Shown: in pieces, positions 22,908-35,903 of the stretch
Layout of the letters: every line of letters starts with the position of its first letter
Position numbering within the stretch: the first letter of the stretch is position 1
From: Lama glama
Lineage: Eukaryota
DNA length: 64,000 nt
Assembly (NCBI GenBank): GCA_028534125.1
Contig: CM052817.1
Span: forward strand, 5,644,001 to 5,708,000
Direction of reading: 5' to 3'
Translations under genes and position numbers: made by a program
Notes under the pieces: generated by a model
The model's input: only the letters and a program-made list of their open reading frames with translations
Told to the model about the DNA's origin: nothing
Database searches by the model: none

Positions 22908-23466
22908 AAATGTTAGTGACCATATACAAAAATAGATTTAAAAAATTTCTAGGGAGATGCCAAGATAGCGGAATAGAGACTCACATCTTGCCCTCTCCCA
23001 CAAATACACCAAGAATTGCATCTGCAGACCCACTGAACTGCACAGAACACCTGCTGAACTCCGGCAGTGTCTCTGGCTTCGAAATACAGGAGGATTCTCA
23101 CAAAATCTGGTAAACAACAAGTTCATACTGTATAGCACAGGAACTATATTCAATATCTTTTAGTAACTTATGGTGAAAAAGAATATGAAAATGAATATAT
23201 GCATATTCATGTATGACTGAAGCATTATGCTGTACACCAGAAATTGACACAACATTGTAAACTGAATATACTTCAATAAAAAAAATACAAAAAAACCCCA
23301 CACATTTTTTCTATATAGCACAGGGAACTGTATTCAATATCTTGTAATAACCTTTAATGAAAAAGAATATGAAAACGAATATACGTATATACCTGCATGA
23401 CAGGGACACTGTGCTGTACACCAGAAAGTGACACATTGTAACTGACTATACACTTCAATAAAAAAA
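22908..23466 (+). mobile_element. Nested L1 composite: short L1 3' end interrupted by an L1 5'-head/3'-tail fusion element (22952-23295)
   Basis: Two tandem L1 3' UTR ends (tatagcacagg(g)aact...cttcaataaaaaa, ending at 23295 and 23466), preceded by an L1 5' UTR-like start gggagatgccaagatagcgg...ccacaaatacacc...cacagaacacctgctgaac. Near-duplicated flanks aaaatcat(ca)cccct at 22893 and 23463. Confidence 0.75.
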
Positions 23467-26400
23467 TCATCCCCTCTGTTCAAATCCTGACTTTCTGATG
23501 TCTTACTTACTCCATGAGAACTGGAAGTCAAAGAGATTACGTGACCTGCCAAGGCTTTCTTCTTTTCTTATTAAAATGGGGATAATAGCTGGACTTACCT
23601 TGTAGTTTGCTGGCAGGGTTGTGTGGTGGGAGGCAGGTGGCAGGTGGCAGGTGTGAGGCCAGGCACACGGAGAATTAGAAAGCTGTCTGCTCTGCAGTTG
23701 TGCCCATAAGACCTGAGAGCACAGGCTGGGACCTCTTTGTGTCCATGCGGTGGTTCCGTGCTCCATCTCAGGAAGAGTGCAGGGACCAAGGGCTCAGGGG
23801 CCAAGGCCCTGGAGAGGGTAGAATGGAAAAGCAAAGAAGACTTGGCCGCACCTGGAACAGTAGAAACAGGGCAAGATGTCAAGCTAGATGAGGAGAGAAA
23901 TGGTGAGACCAGGGGGCTCTAAGAGGAGAATATTCTTGAGCTCACACAGAACCCCTGGATCTCAAAGCCAATTTGGGGAAGAACGTAGAAAGTACATGAG
24001 TACCCCCTTTCACAAGTGGGGCAGAGCCATCAGACTTTTGCTCTGCCACTGTCAAAGAGATGCCATTGTGACATTCCCAGTTAGGGGCCTGGAGATACAC
24101 ATGTCACATTTGTAGGATGCTGACACAGTGCTGGACCCGGGGAAACAATTAGAACATTCTTTTCCATTCTCTTCTGAGATCATCTCTGGAAACTGGCACT
24201 CCACCAGCAGTGACGGAATGCTGACGACTAGCATTTGCTGACCACAATCTGTGCCAGATGCTCCACGCCCATCTTTTCACACCATCGTTGCAATGTTCTG
24301 GTGAAGGAGGTGCCGCTGTCTTCATTTGAAAGATGAGGAAAAGGAAGTTCAGAGAGGTTCAGCGATTTGTGTACGTTCACACTTCTAGTAAGTGGGACTG
24401 GAAGAGAGGATTGTTCGTGAAGAGGCTCCACAGACTGAGCCATAGTCTCCCTCCCGGAGAGGCCCCCTTTGGGGCCTTACACAGTTCGTGGAGGGACACA
24501 GACGGAGGGTCCCTCCTTCATACATGTTGCCCCACGGGTCTTCTCTAAGCTAAACATCTTGGGTTCGAAAACCAATTCTCATCAGACCTGGCTGTAAATT
24601 CTCCCCCCATCTTGGCCCCTCTTCCAGTGGCCCTCGAACAATGAGAAACGAGATCTCAGTTATATCAGATCGGGTCTGCTCAGCATGCCTGGGGGGTCCT
24701 GTCTTCCCTCACTCCTGTAATTTCAACAATTGGGAAAGCAGGTCCAACATGGCTTGTCAGGAACAGCCAACACATCCCAGTTCACACATCAGTTTGGATT
24801 CATTGGTGGTAGCTGCTCAAAGTCCTGTGACGAGAAAGATTTCACGGCTGCAATTCAATCAATGGAAAAGAGGTGGCTGATTGACTGGCAATGTCTACTT
24901 CGGGCTTGGGACGGGGTGGGGGATGTGTGTTAAGTGTGAACCATTTGCCATTCTGGGTCTACCAGTAGTCCTCAATCTTGCCTGCCCCACAGAACCACTT
25001 AAAGTATTGGTGTCTGCCATTCCAAACAGTTGAATCAGGATTTTTGAGGCCTAAGATTTGGTCTTTTTAAAAATTTGAATTTGTTTGAATGTTTAGCCAC
25101 ACCTGAGGGACACAACCAGTCTGCACTGTCATTAGGCAGGTTTCAAATCTATGTGCCTTGATACCTCCGGTTGCCTTTGCTACAATATTCAGTTGGTTCT
25201 CATCAGCAGTGACATCTGACAATACTCTGGATCTCTTGTTATCTTGTATTATTCTCGTATATTCTGCCACAAAAAAGAATCAACAACCACTGTAGCTGAC
25301 GTCCTGTACCTCCCCAGTTAAATACACACCAGGGCACGTGTGTGCACACATCTCACATGTACACAAGTGCCCCCACAATACACGTGCCCAAACTACATTT
25401 ATTAGCATGGTGGCGCACCTATGCTCACATAAGCACACACCGGCATGCACATGCGTCCTCACGTACACTTATCTCCACCTTCGTCTTCTAAGAGAAGGTC
25501 CTTTGTAACAGTCCATACCTAAATAAAGAAACATTCCACAAGGCTTTCGAGCCTGAACAGAAATGGCCACTATCATTTTTTTCTTTAGCAATTTCCCATG
25601 TACTTTAAGCAAATTAGAAATCTGGCTGGAGACTGGAAAGCATTTTGCCCGCTCCCTACATTGTGTACATGCAGAAACAGAGGCCCAGAGAAGTTGAGGG
25701 GCTTGTCCAAGAAGCCCAGCAAGGTTGTAAGGACTAGAATCCAGGTCTCCTGACCTCAGATCACAGCTCTTTCCCTGGCAATACGCACTTGTCACGGAGG
25801 CCAGGGTGTGGGAGGATGGGGGATGGGGGAGGGGGGGTTGGAGGGTAGAGGCCTGGGTGGCACTCCTTGACCTTGGAAATTCATTTCCAAAGGAGAACAT
25901 GAGTTCATAGTCAATTGTTCTTTCTGTGTAAAAGAAGTTGATGACATTTATTCTTTTCTCACAACATCCCGGTTAAAAAAACATCGTTTAGTTGTTTATG
26001 GATCAAATACAGATGCTCAGGGATTTTTAGGACCCTGATTAATTCTAATTGAAAGAAGTTGTTGAGAACAGCAATTCACAACAGATGAATGTTAGCTCTT
26101 AGTGGGGACGAAACAGCATTTCAAAGGCCGTATTTTGTTTGTTTGTTTTTGGTATTTCATGAAAGAGAGCAGGCTTTTCTGTGCAAAGTGGCAGGAAGAC
26201 ATTTTCAAAGAAGAGCTTAGAGGGAAAAGAGGACTTTAAAAATGAATTGAAAACAGACTCAGAGGCACTGGGCCTTCATTACAAGTTCCTCCCGCTGGGA
26301 CAGAGGCTGTTAAAATGAAAGTAAAGAATTTAAGCAACTTTCTGTCCCCCGCCCTCTCCTCCTCCCCCAATTTGGTAAACTGATTCAGACATCTCAGGCA

Positions 26401-29246
26401 ACAAAGAATGAGCATCAGATCTGGAAGCAACAGATTTGGGTTCGAGTCCCAGTAGTGTCATTTTAAGTAAATAATTCACCATGTCTGGGTTTGGTTCCCT
26501 CATCTCTAATAATGAGAACCATCACGCTTACATCACAGGGTCATTATTAATATAAAAACTGCCTGCGAGCTAGAATTGACTCCATACCCGATGCCATGTT
26601 AGGACTTGTACAGAGAGGTCTCACTGATCCTTCACAGCAGCCCTGTGAGTGGATCTGCCTGTTCCTCTTGTACAGAAAAAGGTGCTGAGGTTCACAGAGG
26701 TCATGCTTCTTGCTCCAGGTCACACAGCTAAGAAGTGCAGATTCCAGCCCATCCCTGTCTGATTTGCCGCTATCCCACATGGTAAGAATGTGACGACAAC
26801 AAATTGCAAAACAAAACATATTGCTGCCTATTCAGTGCCCCTGTGCTAGGAACCCAGAATGGAAATGGATTAACATTATGGCCTCTGCTTCCATGCACCT
26901 GATTGCCTATTCTGGGGAGCCCTCAGAGGCTGGGGAGGAGAGGGAGTCTGGTGGTGGTGGTGAGGAGGGCTTTTGGATTTATTTTAGGACTCATGCTTAA
27001 GGTGCATATGGGCCATCCATGTGCACGAATGGGGTGAGGGCCAGGGCAGGGGTCTTGGTCTGGGACCACCACCACCAAAGATAAGAGCCAACATTGATTG
27101 ATGGCTTAATTTGTGCCAAAGGGTCCCCAGGTGTTATTCCGTTCCGGCCTCACAGTGATGCTGTGAGGTAGCTGTACCATCACGCCTGCTGCGCCGAGTG
27201 GTGAGGGGGACTGCTTCTCATTCACATGCAGGCAAAAGGTAAAACCTAAGGCGGATAGTTTTCCTGAGTCCCAGGGTTTCCCATTTGGTGATTCACGGAC
27301 CAATCTCATTCCTCAGGCTCTAATGTCCTCTCTATTTTGAGTCACTTTTTGTCTTGTAAGAGCTCCCCTGTGCCTTTGTTCTGCTTCATTTGATTCTTTT
27401 GGGCTCAGTGTGTGTCAGAACTTTTCTCCCTGAGAGCTGGAAAGCAGTTTTGTGACTATTGGGTTGAAGGACCCTCAAGTGAATGCCTTTGGACACCAAT
27501 AGGAGGCACTAAACTAAAATTAAGGTTCCTGATCAAAAAGATGACAGGAAAGGGTTCACTATCAAGAATGTGGTGAGGGAGGCACTGACCTGGTCCGAGC
27601 ACAGGGCTCTCAGCCCCAGTTCTGTTCCCTGCACAAGTATAGGACAAGTTTACTCTGTCCCCAGAGGACCTTGGGGCTCCAAAGAGCATCCTGAGAGAGA
27701 GGGTCATGAGAATAGTGATTTGTGAGCTGCTCGCTACATGCACAGGTTCCCTGCCGAACATTTTATAAACATTAACTCATTTAATGTTCACAAAAGATCC
27801 AGGAGGTAGGTGCAATTAATACTGCCGCTGTACAAACGACAAAATTGAGGAATGGAGAGGTTTAGTGACTTGCACTAGGTCACACGGTGAATGTAGCAGA
27901 TCTGAGATTCAGACAGATGCATTAACTGTCTAGAGCCCACGGTCCCCACAAAACACCCTGCCTGTCATGGCTTCATGGCTTGTGTTCTCATTGGCCTGAG
28001 TCCTGGTCGCCAAGGGAGGACCTTCTAATAACCGATCCAGGGCATCCATCCTTGTCTTTTCTCAAGCAGCCTTTATCAACAATCATGTGAGGTTATTAAG
28101 GGCATTTTTCTGACCTTAACATCGTCATCTGTAGCTGTTCCCAGACCATTCCCATCTCCCACAGCCACCCTTTCTCCAGCAAGCTTGGCCTGTGGTTCTA
28201 ATGAACATAGGGAGCCTGGTTCATTTCAAGGCAGGAAGTGACTAACACGACGAGGAATGACATGAATGAGGTTGAGCAGATATCTCAGTGGAATGTGTGT
28301 CATGCTGGAGGTGAGAGTTCCATCCTGAGATGGATCCTCAGCCCCTGACAGCATCTGCCTCACCTGTTCTCCTGGCTCAGGAACCTTTTGACAGGGGGTC
28401 AATGATTTTGCTCTGCATATAAGAAGCTGACCTTTCTTGGGAAGGTGACCCATGGACTCAGATTCACACGCTGGTGTGCGAGTAAGTGGTCAACGCCAGC
28501 ACTTTGACCTGGTGTTCACTCTTGTGCGAGTTTCTGGCCAGCTCCCGGTGCTGGTGTTCTGAGCCGGGCGCTGGGATTGCAGAGCAGCAGGACACAGACT
28601 GTCAAGTCCAGGAGAAGGAGGATTGCTTGATTCCCGTAACTTTAAGATGGTTGAAAGTCCTTGGTGCCTCAAGAGAGGTGAGGAAAAGCAGAGAGGGAGT
28701 CCAAAGAGGTGAGTTAAAGGGAGCATCAGGGAATATTTTGTGGCTAAGATGGCATTTAAATTAGTCCTTGTAAGGTTTATAAGAGAACAGGTGAAAAGGA
28801 ATGGGAACAAAGCAATGCAGGAAGGAGGAACAGCATGAGCAAACAAAGGTGGTAGGATATGTCGTCCCTCCCAACTGAAACTGAAGATGTTTTGGCTCTG
28901 AAAACAAGCATTTTAACCATAAGTATATCAACACTGACAGATTTTTCCCAAGCAAGTATTTTCTAGAGTAGAATGCACTGAGCAAATGAAATGCATTGAT
29001 CATTTTTCTCTTTGGTGCAATTAAGCCATTTACAGCATTACTTTCCATTTTCTCCTTTTATCTTACTAAATTTATTTTTATTGAATCAATTATTTTCTTG
29101 GAAAACTTTACAGTGAAGATTGGATTTATTAGTCAGTTTCTTTTCTCCATTTCAAATTTCATCAATCTCTTCCACCATTGTGTTTTCTCTTTGGAGGGAA
29201 GGGAGTTATTTTTAGCAAATTACCATGTAATTTTGCAATTACGCCA

Positions 29247-29430
29247 GTTTTATTATTTTTATTTTTTATTTTTTAAAATTGAAGTACAGTCAGTTACAAT
29301 GTGTCAATTTCTGGTGTACGGCACAATGTCCTAGTCATGCATACATACATTCATTTTCATATTTTTTTCGATTAAAGGTTATTATAAGATATTGAACATA
29401 GTTCCCTGTGCTATACAAAATAAACTTTTT
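29247..29430 (-). mobile_element. Short 5'-truncated L1 3' end
   Basis: T-rich tail, then attgaagtacagtcagttacaatgtgtcaatttctggtgtac...gttccctgtgctatac. Confidence 0.88.
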
Positions 29431-30093
29431 TAGTTTTATTTTTTATTGATGCTTTATATCAGTAATATTCATTATGAATTAGATTTAAAACTAATAATTT
29501 GGATTTATCATTTAGCTGATCCACAGGAAATTTGTGAGCAGATCTCCTCAGACATTCCAGGATTGGTGTTTTGTCCTGGAGTGGGTAATTATACTGCTAA
29601 TTCAATTCTTTCAAATACTGCCCATCAGGTTGAATACTGTGGGCTTATTGTTTATACTGTGGCTGGAGCAAAGAGAAACAGTGGGGTCAAGATGGTGGGA
29701 TAAAAACACGTGGCTCCCTATTTCAGCTCAGGGGTCTGGAGAGAGAAAAGCATGGTCCTTTGTGACATCCATCCTCAGTGAGCAGTAGGATGTTTGAGTC
29801 TTAATAGCAGACCTGAACCAGGCCTTCCAGGTTTCCCTGCTGTAGCTTCATGAACTAGTTTAGGTCATTGCTAAGAGTTCCTACAATCCAGGCAGATGGT
29901 GTAGTATAGTAGCTGGAAGTAGAAGGAGGTTGGGTGTTCCTAGCTGTGTTACCCTGGGCAAATCTCTTTGCTCTCTGAACCTTGCTTCCATATCTGAAAA
30001 AGTGTGGTAATACCCACCTCATACGATGTTGAGCACAATTCTTGACACTTGGTACATCTATCATAGATTGAGTCTTCCTTTCAGGAATTAATG

Positions 30094-30268
30094 ATTTTTT
30101 AAAATTGAAGTACAGTTGATCTACAATGTCATGTGTTAATTTCTGGTGAATAGCATAGTGATTCAGTCATATATATATATGTATATATATGTGTGTGTGT
30201 GTATATATATATATAAACATATTCTTTTTCATGATAGGCTATTACAAGATACTGAATATAGCTCCCTG
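30094..30268 (-). mobile_element. Short 5'-truncated L1 3' end with internal (TA)n(TG)n
   Basis: aaaattgaagtacagttgatctacaatg...attacaagatactgaatatagctccctg. Confidence 0.85.
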
Positions 30269-30709
30269 AGAAAATGGCAGAAACAGGAAGGTCACTGTGT
30301 CCTCCTGCCCTGATCCCTGAAAGCAGGAGATGAGTCTCCCATGTGACAGGCAGCCTCTCTGTGCCAGGAGGAGGAAGGGAGGCTTCTTATTACTAGAGAC
30401 GGGGAATTTAGGGATGAGAAGATTGCATAACAAACCTTGTTACTTCTTTATCATTTATTACCCAGAGCCCAGACCCCGCTGTCTTGTGAATTCTTCACAA
30501 GTTGATTGTTTCTTTGTCTAAAAGGTATAAAAGCTTCCCACTCTTGCCACTTTCTTAGGGTTTTAATTGCCTGTGAAGGCTCTCATGTACATGTAAAAAT
30601 TCATTAAAATTTGTATTCTTTTCTCCTATTGATCTGTCTCATGCCAGTTTACTTCTTAGGTTCAGCCAGAGATCCAAAGAGGGTAGAGGAGAACTTTTCC
30701 TTCCCTACG
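30267..30709 (+). mobile_element. ERV1-class solo LTR (MER34/MER39-like), 5' end apparently missing
   Basis: TATA-like ggtataaaag (~30524), ATTAAA at 30603, and a characteristic 3' end cagccagagatccaaagagggtagaggagaacttttccttccctac. Confidence 0.75.
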
Positions 30710-31650
30710 ATTCCACACACAAAGCTTCTAGCCTCTGGGCCTTTGCACATCCTGTTCTCGCTATTAGGAATCCTGTTCCACCAGAGAATGCTGGTGGACT
30801 CTGTTTCACCCTCCAGCTGGAGCATCCTCTCTTCTGTGCAGCCCTTTTCTGTGCTGCCTGCCCAAATGGGCAGTCCATCTTCCTGTTCTCATGCCACCGC
30901 TGAGCCTTGTTTATTCCCTGCTCTAGGCAAGGCTTAAGAGTCGCAGGTAACAACTGAAACTCAACTCAGACACATGTTAGCAGAAGGGTGGTTTATTGGC
31001 TTTTGTAACTGCAAAGGCCAGGAGTGATGGGATCTAGATAGAGGCTCAAAGATGTCTTTCTCTTGTTCTATCTCTTCTCTCCCTCTTCCCTCTTCCTCTT
31101 CATCTCTTCCATTATCTTTGGTCTCTTAGGGTACCCAACTGGAAATCTGGGTAACTGACCCCAGCTTTATCCTGCAGCTCTGTTTCTTGTCTTCACCTGA
31201 ATCAGATGATTTTCCTCCGATTCTGAAACTCCGACCCCCACATGCCTCTGGGTTCGGTTGTCAACAGAGTCATCAAGGAGGTCAGTCTGCCTGGATTGTG
31301 AGGTACGTGGATGAAGGCAGACTAGGAAGGCAAAGGAATCTGAATCATGGTGGGCTCCGAGTGCCAGTCTGAGAAGTCAGGGCTGTGCTGTGTAGTGGGA
31401 GTGGGGAACCCCTGAGAGTCCTTTGGCAGGAGGGTGTACAGTGATCAGAATTCCACGTTAGCAGAAAAATTGGGGAAGGTATGTAAAGGATGGAATAGAA
31501 AAGTAAGAACCAGGGAGTTGGGAGACTTTCCTCTTTGCCAGTTTTACTGGCAGGTGGCGAGGTGATGGAGAGCTCATGAGGTGTGGTTACTGGGCTGTAG
31601 GATACAGTGGTGGTATGGAGGGGATGGCCACCAAACTAAGCTCTGGCTGC

Positions 31651-32176
31651 TGTGACAGGTTAAATGTGGGTCCCAAAGATGCCCACATCTCAATTCTCAG
31701 AACCTGGGAAGATTACCTTATATGGCAAAATGATGAACATTACCTTATAGGATGAAATATGTAATTAAGTTGAGATCTTGAGAAGGGGAGATTATCCTGG
31801 ATTATCCAAAAGGGCCCAATGTAATCACAAGGCTCTTTATAAGAGAGAGGCAGAGAGAGATGCTACACAGAAGAGAAGATAATGTGAGAACATCTGTAGA
31901 GAAGGACCGGGAGAGGCTCGGCTGCAGCTTTGAAGACGGAGGAAGGGGCCGTGAGCCAAGGGAAGCCAGCAGCCGCCAGCAGCTGGGAGGGGCAGGGAAC
32001 AAGTTCTCCCCTAGATTCTCTGCAGAGGGCCCTGCTCTTGCTGACACTGTGATTTTAGCCCAGTGAAACTGATTTCAGCTTTCTTGCCTCCAGAACTGTG
32101 AGAGAATGAATTTCTGTTGTTTTAAACCACTGAGTTTGTGGTAATTTGCTGTAGCAGCAACAGGAAACTAATGTAG
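31651..32176 (+). mobile_element. MLT1C/D-like solo LTR
   Basis: ggtcccaaagatgcccacatctcaatt...ggagattatcctggattatcc...cctccagaactgtgagagaatgaatttctgttgttttaaaccact...agcagcaacaggaaactaatg. Confidence 0.88.
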
Positions 32177-32557
32177 TTGCTTAAAAGGGTTTCAGAAGGT
32201 GGGCTCCTCTCCCAGAAATCAAGTTCTGCTACCACCTTCTGATGCCAAGGACTGGGCTCCTTGGGGGCAGGGCCACAAGAATGTTGGTTTCCATTTGCCC
32301 GGTGCTCATCCTGGCCCTCTCCCCTTTGCCCCCATTACAGTAAAAGTGCCAAATTCCCACTCCTTTATCCCACCTTCCATACACCTTGCCCAATCTATCT
32401 GCCAAAAGTAAAATTCTGATCACTGTACACTCTCCTGCTGAATGACTCTTAGTGGCTCCCTTAGGCTGATTACAGAACAAAGTCCAGACATCTTGGGCTG
32501 GCAGGGGCTCAGTGACTGATTTCAGACTCAGCTGCCATCTTCCAGAGGATGGGGATT

Positions 32558-32742
32558 AATGATAATGGTGATAGTGATGTTGATGATGGTGGCGGTCATG
32601 ATGAGAGTGATGCCACACGTGACAGTGAAGTTGATGGTGGTGGTGATGATGATAATGATGACAGTGATGCTGTGATGGTGGTAAAGATGATGGTGGTGGT
32701 GGTGGTGATGGTGGTGGTGGTGATGGTGATGGTGATGGTGAT
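32558..32742. repeat. Degenerate (GAT/GGT)n trinucleotide low-complexity tract
   Basis: Direct reading. It generates the spurious D/G/V/M-rich ORF 32549-32803. Confidence 0.9.
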
Positions 32743-33519
32743 GTCAGTGATCATTACTGAGCACTGGTGCCCAGGTCCTGTACTTTGGGCTTTCTACACA
32801 TGATCTCACATATCCTTACTCTGTCCTTATGAGCAGGCTTTCACAGGTGGGTAATTTGAAGCTCAGAGGAGCCTTGTCACACACTGGCAGTGGCTGAGCT
32901 AGAACCTCCTGTTCCTGTGCACAGGCTGTCCCTTTAGTGTGGCTGGGACAGCCTGGCACATCTGTTTTGGTTGGAGGGTTGCCTTTCTATCGTCATAGAC
33001 CTAACTCCTGGCCGTACTGTGCCAGAGCATTTTAGAGTCTAATGTTATAAACCAAACAGTAGTTAACATGAGAACTGAGACAGGGATCACAGGTGTTAGC
33101 CCTGCTGGTTGCTTCACTCTAATTTGTGCCCCGACACCCAGCTTGGAGGATCTAAATTCATATCAGCTTCCAATCTGCACTGCAGACATCGTCCCCTGTG
33201 CCTTGGTCACTACCTTCCCCTATTATGTCAAAGTATTTTTAGCTAGAGGAAAAAGCAATTAAAAAATCTGTCTCTATATTCCAGCTGTCCCTTCAATTAT
33301 CTTTCTTCTAAATTATATATACATGAACTTTAGCTGGAACTCCTCTCTCTGCCCCATTGCTTTGTTCTTCCAGTTCCCCTGGTGGGCAGAGGCAGACACT
33401 GTGGATTGGGTTCCCCACAGGCATGCCTAGCTCCTTGAAGCTCCCTTACCCATCTCTCACCAGTCCCTATGGACCATGGGAAAATGTTCACAAAATGTTA
33501 TGTTAAAGAGACAGGCTAT

Positions 33520-33970
33520 CAAAAAGTGGCAGTACCTGGTGTCCATCGGTGAATGAGTAGATGAACGTAATTTGGTCCATCCATGCAATGAAGTATTTAT
33601 TATTCAGCCTTATGTAGAGGAAGGAAATGCTGACTCATGATACAGCATGTGTGAAACTTGAGGATATTATGCTAAAGTAAATAAGCGAATCATAAAAGGA
33701 CAAAATTGTAGGCTTCCACTTAGATGAGGTACCTTGAGCTGTCAAATTCATAGTTACAGAAAACAGAATGTGGTTACCATGAACTCGGGGAAGAGGGATA
33801 CGGGAAGTGAGTGTTTCATGGGGACAGTTTCAGGTTGGGAAGACGCTCTGGTGATGGATGGGGTGACGGCTGTACACCAATGTCAGTGTACTTAATGCCA
33901 CCCATTGTACACTTAAAAATGGTCACAATGGCAAATTTTATCTTACATGTATTTGACCACAATAAAAAAT
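33520..33970 (+). mobile_element. L1MB-type 3' end
   Basis: gtccatc..tgaatgagtagat...aacttgaggatattatgctaa...gtacacttaaaaatggt...atttgaccacaataaaaaa. Confidence 0.82.
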
Positions 33971-35059
33971 AGACCATTAAATAATCTTTTATATAATGGT
34001 TTCATATAATATGTGTTTTTTCCAAGTTATATAAAGAGTACATGTTCAATGACACGATTGAAAAATACAGAAAGCCTCAAAAACAAAATGTTTCACATTT
34101 CCACCCCGCAAAATTAACTGCTATTAATACTTTATTGTGTATGACTTCAATATTGCATTTCCATGCATGTTTGCTTATATATACACACCTTCACACGTTT
34201 TGAATCTTTTCTCTAGTAAGAAGTATCTTATTGTTCTCACATTCTGGTAATTTTTTTTCCCTCTTACTTAAAATATTGTGAACAGTTCCTGCTGTCTAGA
34301 TGAGTTTTGTTTTCAAGTGACTTACTCATTTATTCATTCAACAAATATTTAATCGGCATCTATTTTATGCTTAATGCTTGCCCCCTTCCAAAGTTGAAAA
34401 AAATGTTACAGTGAATACCTGGTAACCACAACCTCGATTTACCATTAACATAGTCTTATCCTTGCTTCCCGTATGAACGTATCTATTCATTTATCTATCC
34501 CTCGATCTGTCCATTAATCCATCTAATTCTGATGGATTTTAAAATAAATTGCAGACTAAGTAGAGGTCTAAATTCTTCAGCGTGCTTATTATTAACCAGA
34601 GTTTAATATTTGTTTACAATTTTTCCTTTGATAGAAAATTTATACACAATGAAATAAACACACACACACATATGTGTAAAGTTTGTATTTCCTGAGTTTT
34701 GAAAAACATATACCTGGAACATCATAGTCATCCCAGAAACTTACCTCTTGTGCCTTCTGAGACAATCCTTACCCCACGCCCCGGAAGCAACCCCTGCTTT
34801 TTTTTGCCACTAGGATACATTTTTCCCCCTAGAATTTCATAGCACTGGAATCATCTAGTAAGGAGATGATTTTAGTCAACATATGTTTTTGAGATTTATC
34901 CACATGTCAGAAGCTTGTGCCTTTTTAATGCTGAGTAGAATTCAATTATGTGAACAGCTAGTTTGTCCATTTTATGTTTATATACAGTTGAGTTATTTTC
35001 ACTTTTTGGCTCCTATGAAAAAACTGTTATGAAAATTCTTGTATGTTTTCTCTTGTCTC

Positions 35060-35490
35060 TGTGGTAGTTAATTTGATGTATCAACTTGACTGGGCCTTGG
35101 GTGTCTAGAGATTTGGTCAAACATTATTGTGGTTGTGTCTGTGGGGGTGTTTCTGGATGAGAGTAACAGTGGACTAAGTAAAACAGATTGCCCTCCTGAG
35201 TGTGGGTGGGTCTTGCCCAATCAGTTGAAGACCTGAGCAACAAAAAGTCCAAATAAGAGGGACTCCTGGCTGACAGCTGAGCTGAGGCATTGCTCTCTTT
35301 ATTTCTTCTTCTTTCTTTTTTTTTTTTTTTGCCTTCAGACTCGGGATGAAACACTGGTTCTTCTTTGGTCTCATGCCTGTCTCTAGCTTGTCACCTGCAG
35401 ATCTTGGGGCTTTTCAACCTCCATAATTACATGAAACAATTCCTTATAAAAATGATTTTTCAGAAATATATAGATATATGTATCCTATTG
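35060..35490 (+). mobile_element. MLT2-type (ERVL) solo LTR
   Basis: tgtggtagttaatttgatgtatcaacttgactgggcc...gatttggtcaaacattatt...cttttcaacctccataattacatga. Confidence 0.85.
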
Positions 35491-35903
35491 CTCATGTCAT
35501 GTTGGAGGTTAAGATCACAAGAGACCATGTCATACCATGCAAAAACATCTGATGCCTCTGTGTGGGAAGGGCAGTGTAGCTGCAACTGCACAGGGTGTAG
35601 CCCCAGGCTGATGGACAGATAGATTAATTTATTATATTAGTTCACTGACTGACTCATTACAGGAGGCAGTACAGCAGGAGCTGTGCCACTTAGGCTCTGG
35701 AGTCAGGTTGCTAGTTTGGAATCCCTTCTCTCCCACATAATAGCTATGTGACCTTGGGGATAACTTGTGTCTCAGTTTCCCAATCTGTTGAATGGGGCTA
35801 ATTATATCCCATTGCAATGTTATAAAGATTAGAGGAGATACTTTATATAAAGTACTTACAACAATACCTGGCACATTGTTAGTACTGAATTAACTTCATA
35901 TAA

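Noticed and set aside
32549..32803. D/G/V/M-rich ORF
   Set aside because: Translation of a (GAT/GGT)n low-complexity tract.
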